From positions 337,023 to 401,022 of the forward strand of contig CM082586.2 of assembly GCA_040954595.2 (NCBI GenBank): DNA of 64,000 nt, written 5' to 3'. Below, one piece after another: positions 25,205-36,050 of this stretch (position 1 is the first letter of the stretch; every line of letters starts with the position of its first letter). The notes below the pieces were generated by a model. It did no database searches, had not been told where the DNA came from, and was given only the letters and a program-made list of their open reading frames with translations. A program made the translations under genes and the position numbers. The DNA comes from Balanoglossus misakiensis. Lineage: Eukaryota > Animalia > Hemichordata.

Positions 25205-27750
25205 ATGGTTGACGACAAAAGACAAGAGGAAAAGATGGCAATGAAAGTGGAACACCGCAAGTCAGAAAACCAGACTCAGGTGATTCTTACAGATAACGGT
25301 GACTACGCTTGTGGAATAGGATCATGGAGACCTGTAGTCCTTCAGTCTCACGCCAACGTTAACGTTGCATTCGTATTAATACTTGTAACTACAGTGGCTA
25401 CCACCTTGAACTTCGCGTCGTTGTCAACGGCAACAATTAGCTGGGAGCGACAGTTTGGTTTTTCCTCAACCTTGGTCGGAGTCTGCTTTGCCTTCCTCGA
25501 TGTTTCCACCGTCATTTCCCTTCCTGTTGTGACCTACTTTGGCGGCCAGGTAAACAGCCATCGACCACGCTGGATTGGATTCAGCATTTTGGTAACAATC
25601 ATGGGTTTGGTTATCATCGGATCCACACAATTCGTGTCTGATGTTTATGAATACGGAGACTTGCCAACCGAAAGTTCAAACTCTACAGTCGGACTTTGCT
25701 CACTGGGAAATTCAGGAAACACAAGTGTTGATCCCAGCAATCTTCCTGATCCTCGTTGTGACGTCACGGGGCACTATGGAAACAATCTGACTGCTTTCCT
25801 TTGTATACTTCTGGGGCTGCTCTTGATAGGATTTGGGGTGACACCCCTCTTGACGCTAGGTCTTTCCTACGTTGACGATTATGTACCAACAAAAAAGGCA
25901 CCCATGTATTTCGGTAGGTGGACTTCTCCAAAAAAGTTATGCACAAATACGGCACTATCTCCATATATTTGTGCATCATTTTCATGATTTTATTTTCAAA
26001 TTTACCTCGGTCCAGAGAGAGTACACAACCGCGCGTGCGTATTAGAATCTCCACAAAAAGAATTCGAAATGGTGTATAGTCCGTCTACCAAAGATACGTA
26101 TTCCTCTCACTAAATATTATGCTGAATCTGAATATTTCTTTTCCATGACAGGAACTCTCTATGCAATGTATGGTCTAGGCCCGTTGATCGGGTTTACAAT
26201 GGCTGCTTATTACACGAGCATATACGTAGATTTCTATCGAGTTGACACGTCGAGTGTAGAGATAAACAAATCTGATCCTCGTTGGGTTGGCGCCTGGTGG
26301 CTGGGGTTCTTCGTCAACTCCTTAGTAATGATATTCCTTGCAATTCCGATGTTGCTGTTGCCAAAGAAGTTCAGAAAATCAGAAGAAGGTGAAAATCATG
26401 TTCGTAATGGAGAGAAAACCGGAGAGATGACTCTTTCTGAAAAGATTAAAGGTAAAACTTTTTTTCCAGTACTGCGTTTATATCTTACAGTTTTGCCCAA
26501 ATATGGAAAAGAATTTCAAAGCACAATGAACCGAATAGTAACAGTTTTAAATGTTTCTTTCCATGTTCGTAATGGCGAAGAATTTCCACGAGCAATGAAA
26601 CGCCTCTTTTTGAACTCAACGCTAATGTTTGTCGTATTGGGCGTGACAGCAGATACAGTCCTGTTGTGCGCAGTAGTAATATTTGCAACAAAATACATCA
26701 CCAACCAGTTCAGGACCAGTGTGTCGATGGCGGCCATTATACTTCGTAAGTGAACAACCAATATTACACGTAGATAAACACACATACGTACATATACATG
26801 TATGACAAGAACAAAAAATCAAACAATTGTAATTTTTGAGCGTATATGAGTTAGAATCCATGATATGACATGAAAATGCCAAAATGAGCAAAATTCAAAA
26901 AGTCAAGAATTAGTAATACCCATAGATATATATTTCACTATCTGTCCGGTCAGTAATGTACGAATTTTACGGTGCTATGTTAAAATAACAACACTTACAT
27001 TTGAAAATTACGATTTTCTTCCTTGCGGATAGCGATTGGTTTTATCATTCCTTCCACCACGGGTATGTTCGTTGGTGGCGCCATCCTACGAAGATTCCGA
27101 CCGACATTGAGGAACATTGCCAGGAATGCATCAGTGATCAAAGCTATTTGTTTGGCATTTATAATTCCATTGATGTTTGTTGGCTGTGACAATTACACAT
27201 TTGCCGGAATCAACCACCCATATTCATTCCAAAAGTAAGCTTATATTATTGCATGTGTCTTACAGATTACATTGCTGTTATAAAACGGGTATTTTGACTT
27301 CCAGAAGATCAATAACAAAACATGTATATCGCGCGTTACTTGTTTAAACGAAATCTTTCGATATCTAGGGCAATGCCTTTGACCCCAGGAAATTTTGTAG
27401 CCCGAGAAAAATAAACACATGTATTTCTAGGAGCGTGACAAAATGTCGACTTTCATTTGGTGGGACAGACGCATATCACACTGACATTAACTAGGATGTT
27501 TTGAAATCAATCATCAGGATTTGAAATTTCTTGGTGACGTGAATCAAAACATTATGGTAAGAAAGTCTATTTCTATTCTTGCTCTAGCGAAAGTGGTGTC
27601 GGTGGTCTTAGTGCAAAATGTAATAGCGAATGTTCGTGCCCGCCGAATGCACCATTTAATCCAGTCTGTGGCTCCAACGATGTGACTTACTATTCAGCTT
27701 GCTATGCGGGATGTCAAGGGTTTTCACAAATTCCTGGCTCAACAAACTTA
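25205..27750 (+). CDS. OATP/SLCO tandem copy 2, first five coding exons only (513 codons); the last three exons are absent from the window
   Basis: Exons 25205-25913, 26152-26451, 26581-26745, 27033-27234, 27588-27750 have the same intron positions and phases as copy 1 (165- and 202-nt exons identical in length). [12 protein letters not shown] and the Kazal motif are present, with no stops or frameshifts seen. A GTAAGT donor at 27751 is followed by satellite from ~27931. Confidence 0.88.
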
Positions 27751-27930
27751 GTAAGTGAGCAGTGTTCTTTTCTAAATATAGAAGATTATTTAATTCTAAC
27801 AGGAACAAAAGTTGCACACAGAAACACGAGGATACAAACGATAGCCTTGTCAATTTTTTATATGCATGTGTAGACGTATTTACTGAATAACTAATGCTGC
27901 AATAGAGCTCTTCTTAGCTAACCATCGTCA

Positions 27931-28312
27931 GAAAAAATTGTCATTTTTATATGATTTTCATGAGCTATAACCCCTGATTTTTTTCAAAAAGTGACGAAAT
28001 TTTGAAAATTCGCAAAGTCGAAAAATTGTCATTTCTGGATGATTTTCATGAGCTATAACCCATGGTTTTTATCAAAAAATGAAGAAATTTTGAAAATTCG
28101 CAAAGTCGAAAAATTGTCATTTCTGGATGATTTTCATGAGCTATAACCCATGGTTTTTATCAAAAAGTGACGAAATTTTGAAAATTCGCAAAGTCGAAAA
28201 ATTGTCATTTCTGGATGATTTTCGTCAGCTATAACCCATGGTTTTTATCAAAAAGTGACGAAATTTTGAAAATTCGCAAAGTCGAAAAATTGTATTTCTG
28301 GATGATTTTCAT
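27931..28312 (+). repeat. Satellite edge block, ~4 diverged 88-bp monomers (B-like variant)
   Basis: Units of gaaaaattgtcatttctggatgattttcatgagctataacccatggtttttatcaaaaagtgacgaaattttgaaaattcgcaaagtc. The first unit is the most degenerate. Confidence 0.9.
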
Positions 28313-31300
28313 CGTCAAAATCGTCAAAAATCGACGATTTTTCCACTTTTCCAAACTTCTAAATTTCGTCGATTTTTCAAGAAATCATGGGTTATAGCTC
28401 AGGAAAATCGTCAAAAATCGACGATTTTTCCACTTTTCCAAACTTCGAAATTTCGTCGATTTTTCAAGAAATCATGGGTTATAGCTCAGGAAAATCGTCA
28501 AAAATCGACGATTTTTCGACTTTTCCAAACTTCGAAATTTCGTCGATTTTTCAAGAAATCATGGGTTATAGCTCAGGAAAATCGTCAAAAATCGACGATT
28601 TTTCGACTTTTCCAAACTTCGAAATTTCGTCCATTTTTCAAGAAATCATGGGTTATAGCTCAGGAAAATCGTCAAAAATCGACGATTTTTCGACTTTTCC
28701 AAACTTCGAAATTTCGTCGATTTTTCAAGAAATCATGGGTTATAGCTCAGGAAAATCGTCAAAAATCGACGATTTTTCGACTTTTCAAAACTTCGAAATA
28801 TCGTCGATTTTTCAAGAAATCATGGGTTATAGCTCAGGAAAATCGTCAAAAATCGACGATTTTTCCACTTTTCCAAACTTCGAAATTTCGTCGATTTTTC
28901 AAGAAATCATGGGTTATAGCTCAGGAAAATCGTCAAAAATCGACGATTTTTCCACTTTTCCAAACTTCGAAATTTCGTCGATTTTTCAAGAAATCATGGG
29001 TTATAGCTCAGGAAAATCGTCAAAAATCGACGATTTTTCCACTTTTCCAAACTTCGAAATTTCGTCGATTTTTCAAGAAATCATGGGTTATAGCTCAGGA
29101 AAATCGTCAAAAATCGACGATTTTTCGACTTTTCCAAACTTCGAAATTTCGTCGATTTTTCAAGAACTCATGGGTTATAGCTCAGGAAAATCGTCAAAAA
29201 TCGACGATTTTTCCACTTTTCCAAACTTCGAAATTTCGTCGATTTTTCAAGAAATCATGGGTTATAGCTCAGGAAAATCGTCAAAAATCGACGATTTTTC
29301 CACTTTTCCAAACTTCGAAATTTCGTCGATTTTTCAAGAAATCATGGGTTATAGCTCAGGAAAATCGTCAAAAATCGACGATTTTTCGACTTTTCCAAAC
29401 TTCGAAATTTCGTCGATTTTTCAAGAAATCATGGGTTATAGCTCAGGAAAATCGTCAAAAATCGACGATTTTTCCACTTTTCCAAACTTCGAAATTTCGT
29501 CGATTTTTCAAGAAATCATGGGTTATAGCTCAGGAAAATCGTCAAAAATCGACGATTTTTCCACTTTTCCAAACTTCGAAATTTCGTCGATTTTTCAAGA
29601 AATCATGGGTTATAGCTCAGGAAAATCGTCAAAAATCGACGATTTTTCCACTTTTCCAAACTTCGAAATTTCGTCGATTTTTCAAGAAATCATGGGTTAT
29701 AGCTCAGGAAAATCGTCAAAAATCGACGATTTTTCCACTTTTCCAAACTTCGAAATTTCGTCGATTTTTCAAGAAATCATGGGTTATAGCTCAGGAAAAT
29801 CGTCAAAAATCGACGATTTTTCCACTTTTCCAAACTTCGAAATTTCGTCGATTTTTCAAGAAATCATGGGTTATAGCTCAGGAAAATCGTCAAAAATCGA
29901 CGATTTTTCGACTTTTCCAAACTTCGAAATTTCGTCGATTTTTCAAGAAATCATGGGTTATAGCTCAGGAAAATCGTCAAAAATCGACGATTTTTCGACT
30001 TTTCCAAACTTCGAAATATCGTCGATTTTTCAAGAAATCATGGGTTATAGCTCAGGAAAATCGTCAAAAATCGACGATTTTTCCACTTTTCCAAACTTCG
30101 AAATTTCGTCGATTTTTCAAGAAATCATGGGTTATAGCTCAGGAAAATCGTCAAAAATCGACGATTTTTCGACTTTTCCAAACTTCGAAATTTCGTCGAT
30201 TTTTCAAGAAATCATGGGTTATAGCTCAGGAAAATCGTCAAAAATCGACGATTTTTCGACTTTTCCAAACTTCGAAATTTCGTCGATTTTTCAAGAAATC
30301 ATGGGTTATAGCTCAGGAAAATCGTCAAAAATCGACGATTTTTCGACTTTTCCAAACTTCGAAATTTCGTCGATTTTTCAAGAAATCATGGGTTATAGCT
30401 CAGGAAAATCGTCAAAAATCGACGATTTTTCGACTTTTCCAAACTTCGAAATTTCCTCGATTTTTCAAGAAATCATGGGTTATAGCTCAGGAAAATCGTC
30501 AAAAATCGACGATTTTTCCACTTTTCCAAACTTCGAAATTTCGTCGATTTTTCAAGAAATCATGGGTTATAGCTCAGGAAAATCGTCAAAAATCGACGAT
30601 TTTTCCACTTTTCCAAACTTCGAAATATCGTCGATTTTTCAAGAAATCATGGGTTATAGCTCAGGAAAATCGTCAAAAATCGACGATTTTTCGACTTTTC
30701 CAAACTTCGAAATTTCGTCGATTTTTCAAGAAATCATGGGTTATAGCTCAGGAAAATCGTCAAAAATCGACGATTTTTCGACTTTTCCAAACTTCGAAAT
30801 TTCGTCGATTTTTCAAGAAATCATGGGTTATAGCTCAGGAAAATCGTCAAAAATCGACGATTTTTCGACTTTTCCAAACTTCGAAATATCGTCGATTTTT
30901 CAAGAAATCATGGGTTATAGCTCAGGAAAATCGTCAAAAATCGACGATTTTTCCACTTTTCCAAACTTCGAAATTTCGTCGATTTTTCAAGAAATCATGG
31001 GTTATAGCTCAGGAAAATCGTCAAAAATCGACGATTTTTCCACTTTTCCAAACTTCGAAATTTCGTCGATTTTTCAAGAAATCATGGGTTATAGCTCAGG
31101 AAAATCGTCAAAAATCGACGATTTTTCCACTTTTCCAAACTTCGAAATTTCGTCGATTTTTCAAGAAATCATGGGTTATAGCTCAGGAAAATCGTCAAAA
31201 ATCGACGATTTTTCCACTTTTCCAAACTTCGAAATTTCGTCGATTTTTCAAGAAATCATGGGTTATAGCTCAGGAAAATCGTCAAAAATCGACGATTTTT

Positions 31301-34300
31301 CCACTTTTCCAAACTTCGAAATTTCGTCGATTTTTCAAGAAATCATGGGTTATAGCTCAGGAAAATCGTCAAAAATCGACGATTTTTCGACTTTTCCAAA
31401 CTTCGAAATTTCGTCGATTTTTCAAGAAATCATGGGTTATAGCTCAGGAAAATCGTCAAAAATCGACGATTTTTCGACTTTTCCAAACTTCGAAATTTCG
31501 TCGATTTTTCAAGAAATCATGGGTTATAGCTCAGGAAAATCGTCAAAAATCGACGATTTTTCGACTTTTCCAAACTTCGAAATTTCGTCGATTTTTCAAG
31601 AAATCATGGGTTATAGCTCAGGAAAATCGTCAAAAATCGACGATTTTTCCACTTTTCCAAACTTCGAAATTTCGTCGATTTTTCAAGAAATCATGGGTTA
31701 TAGCTCAGGAAAATCGTCAAAAATCGACGATTTTTCGACTTTTCCAAACTTCGAAATTTCGTCGATTTTTCAAGAAATCATGGGTTATAGCTCAGGAAAA
31801 TCGTCAAAAATCGACGATTTTTCGACTTTTCCAAACTTCGAAATTTCGTCGATTTTTCAAGAAATCATGGGTTATAGCTCAGGAAAATCGTCAAAAATCG
31901 ACGATTTTTCGACTTTTCCAAACTTCGAAATATCGTCGATTTTTCAAGAAATCATGGGTTATAGCTCAGGAAAATCGTCAAAAATCGAAGATTTTTCCAC
32001 TTTTCCAAACTTCGAAATATCGTCGATTTTTCAAGAAATCATGGGTTATAGCTCAGGAAAATCGTCAAAAATCGACGATTTTTCCACTTTTCCAAACTTC
32101 GAAATTTCGTCGATTTTTCAAGAAATCATGGGTTATAGCTCAGGAAAATCGTCAAAAATCGACGATTTTTCCACTTTTCCAAACTTCGAAATTTCGTCGA
32201 TTTTTCAAGAAATCATGGGTTATAGCTCAGGAAAATCGTCAAAAATCGACGATTTTTCCACTTTTCCAAACTTCGAAATTTCGTCGATTTTTCAAGAAAT
32301 CATGGGTTATAGCTCAGGAAAATCGTCAAAAATCGACGATTTTTCCACTTTTCCAAACTTCGAAATTTCGTCGATTTTTCAAGAAATCATGGGTTATAGC
32401 TCAGGAAAATCGTCAAAAATCGACGATTTTTCGACTTTTCCAAACTTCGAAATTTCGTCGATTTTTCAAGAAATCATGGGTTATAGCTCAGGAAAATCGT
32501 CAAAAATCGACGATTTTTCCACTTTTCCAAACTTCGAAATTTCGTCGATTTTTCAAGAAATCATGGGTTATAGCTCAGGAAAATCGTCAAAAATCGACGA
32601 TTTTTCCACTTTTCCAAACTTCGAAATATCGTCGATTTTTCAAAAAAAATCATGGGTTATAGCTCAGGAAAATCGTCAAAAATCGACGATTTTTCCACTT
32701 TTCCAAACTTCGAAATTTCGTCGATTTTTCAAGAAATCATGGGTTATAGCTCAGGAAAATCGTCAAAAATCGACGATTTTTCGACTTTTCCAAACTTCGA
32801 AATTTCGTCGATTTTTCAAGAAATCATGGGTTATAGCTCAGGAAAATCGTCAAAAATCGACGATTTTTCGACTTTTCCAAACTTCGAAATTTCGTCGATT
32901 TTTCAAGAAATCATGGGTTATAGCTCAGGAAAATCGTCAAAAATCGACGATTTTTCGACTTTTCCAAACTTCGAAATTTCGTCGATTTTTCAAGAAATCA
33001 TGGGTTATAGCTCAGGAAAATCGTCAAAAATCGACGATTTTTCGACTTTTCCAAACTTCGAAATATCGTCGATTTTTCAAGAAATCATGGGTTATAGCTC
33101 AGGAAAATCGTCAAAAATCGACGATTTTTCCACTTTTCCAAACTTCGAAATTTCGTCGATTTTTCAAGAAATCATGGGTTATAGCTCAGGAAAATCGTCA
33201 AAAATCGACGATTTTTCGACTTTTCCAAACTTCGAAATTTCGTCGATTTTTCAAGAAATCATGGGTTATAGCTCAGGAAAATCGTCAAAAATCGACGATT
33301 TTTCCACTTTTCCAAACTTCGAAATTTCGTCGATTTTTCAAGAAATCATGGGTTATAGCTCAGGAAAATCGTCAAAAATCGACGATTTTTCCACTTTTCC
33401 AAACTTCGAAATATCGTCGATTTTTCAAGAAATCATGGGTTATAGCTCAGGAAAATCGTCAAAAATCGACGATTTTTCGACTTTTCCAAACTTCGAAATT
33501 TCGTCGATTTTTCAAGAAATCATGGGTTATAGCTCAGGAAAATCGTCGAAAATCGACGATTTTTCGACTTTTCCAAACTTCGAAATATCGTCGATTTTTC
33601 AAGAAATCATGGGTTATAGCTCAGGAAAATCGTCAAAAATCGACGATTTTTCGACTTTTCCAAACTTCGAAATTTCGTCGATTTTTCAAGAAATCATGGG
33701 TTATAGCTCAGGAAAATCGTCAAAAATCGACGATTTTTCCACTTTTCCAAACTTCGAAATTTCGTCGATTTTTCAAGAAATCATGGGTTATAGCTCAGGA
33801 AAATCGTCAAAAATCGACGATTTTTCCACTTTTCCTAACTTCGAAATTTCGTCGATTTTTCAAGAAATCATGGGTTATAGCTCAGGAAAATCGTCAAAAA
33901 TCGACGATTTTTCCACTTTTCCTAACTTCGAAATTTCGTCGATTTTTCAAGAAATCATGGGTTATAGCTCAGGAAAATCGTCAAAAATCGACGATTTTTC
34001 CACTTTTCCAAACTTCGAAATTTCGTCGATTTTTCAAGAAATCATGGGTTATAGCTCAGGAAAATCGTCAAAAATCGACGATTTTTCCACTTTTCCAAAC
34101 TTCGAAATTTCGTCGATTTTTCAAGAAATCATGGGTTATAGCTCAGGAAAATCGTCAAAAATCGACGATTTTTCCACTTTTCCAAACTTCGAAATTTCGT
34201 CGATTTTTCAAGAAATCATGGGTTATAGCTCAGGAAAATCGTCAAAAATCGACGATTTTTCCACTTTTCCAAACTTCGAAATTTCGTCGATTTTTCAAGA

Positions 34301-36050
34301 AATCATGGGTTATAGCTCAGGAAAATCGTCAAAAATCGACGATTTTTCCACTTTTCCAAACTTCGAAATTTCGTCGATTTTTCAAGAAATCATGGGTTAT
34401 AGCTCAGGAAAATCGTCAAAAATCGACGATTTTTCCACTTTTCCAAACTTCGAAATATCGTCGATTTTTCAAGAAATCATGGGTTATAGCTCAGGAAAAT
34501 CGTCAAAAATCGACGATTTTTCCACTTTTCCAAACTTCGAAATTTCGTCGATTTTTCAAGAAATCATGGGTTATAGCTCAGGAAAATCGTCAAAAATCGA
34601 CGATTTTTCGACTTTTCCAAACTTCGAAATTTCGTCGATTTTTCAAGAAATCATGGGTTATAGCTCAGGAAAATCGTCAAAAATCGACGATTTTTCGACT
34701 TTTCCAAACTTCGAAATTTCGTCGATTTTTCAAGAAATCATGGGTTATAGCTCAGGAAAATCGTCAAAAATCGACGATTTTTCGACTTTTCCAAACTTCG
34801 AAATTTCGTCGATTTTTCAAGAAATCATGGGTTATAGCTCAGGAAAATCGTCAAAAATCGACGATTTTTCGACTTTTCCAAACTTCGAAATTTCGTCGAT
34901 TTTTCAAGAAATCATGGGTTATAGCTCAGGAAAATCGTCAAAAATCGACGATTTTTCCACTTTTCCAAACTTCGAAATTTCGTCGATTTTTCAAGAAATC
35001 ATGGGTTATAGCTCAGGAAAATCGTCAAAAATCGACGATTTTTCCACTTTTCCAAACTTCGAAATTTCGTCGATTTTTCAAGAAATCATGGGTTATAGCT
35101 CAGGAAAATCGTCAAAAATCGACGATTTTTCCACTTTTCCAAACTTCGAAATTTCGTCGATTTTTCAAGAAATCATGGGTTATAGCTCAGGAAAATCGTC
35201 AAAAATCGACGATTTTTCGACTTTTCCAAACTTCGAAATTTCGTCGATTTTTCAAGAAATCATGGGTTATAGCTCAGGAAAATCGTCAAAAATCGACGAT
35301 TTTTCGACTTTTCCAAACTTCGAAATTTCGTCGATTTTTCAAGAAATCATGGGTTATAGCTCAGGAAAATCGTCAAAAATCGACGATTTTTCGACTTTTC
35401 CAAACTTCGAAATTTCGTCGATTTTTCAAGAAATCATGGGTTATAGCTCAGGAAAATCGTCAAAAATCGACGATTTTTCGACTTTTCCAAACTTCGAAAT
35501 TTCGTCGATTTTTCAAGAAATCATGGGTTATAGCTCAGGAAAATCGTCAAAAATCGACGATTTTTCCACTTTTCCAAACTTCGAAATTTCGTCGATTTTT
35601 CAAGAAATCATGGGTTATAGCTCAGGAAAATCGTCAAAAATCGACGATTTTTCCACTTTTCCAAACTTCGAAGTTTCGTCGATTTTTCAAGAAATCATGG
35701 GTTATAGCTCAGGAAAATCGTCAAAAATCGACGATTTTTCGACTTTTCCAAACTTCGAAGTTTCGTCGATTTTTCAAGAAATCATGGGTTATAGCTCAGG
35801 AAAATCGTCAAAAATCGACGATTTTTCGACTTTTCCAAACTTCGAAGTTTCGTCGATTTTTCAAGAAATCATGGGTTATAGCTCAAGAAAATCGTCAAAA
35901 ATCGACGATTTTTCGACTTTTCCAAACTTCGAAATTTCGTCGATTTTTCAAGAAATCATGGGTTATAGCTCAGGAAAATCGTCAAAAATCGACGATTTTT
36001 CGACTTTTCCAAACTTCGAAATTTTGTCGATTTTTCAAGAAATCATGGGT
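28313..36050 (+). repeat. Satellite type A block 1, ~89 x 87-bp monomers, inverted relative to type B
   Basis: Monomer gaaatcatgggttatagctcaggaaaatcgtcaaaaatcgacgatttttc(c/g)acttttccaaacttcgaaatttcgtcgatttttcaa. Period 87 (e.g. 28381 to 28468), near-identical copies. Confidence 0.98.

Noticed and set aside
28389-28394. GGGTTA/TAACCC in every monomer as a telomeric repeat
   Set aside because: It is a single hexamer per unit and never tandem. That is insufficient evidence for a telomeric or subtelomeric origin.
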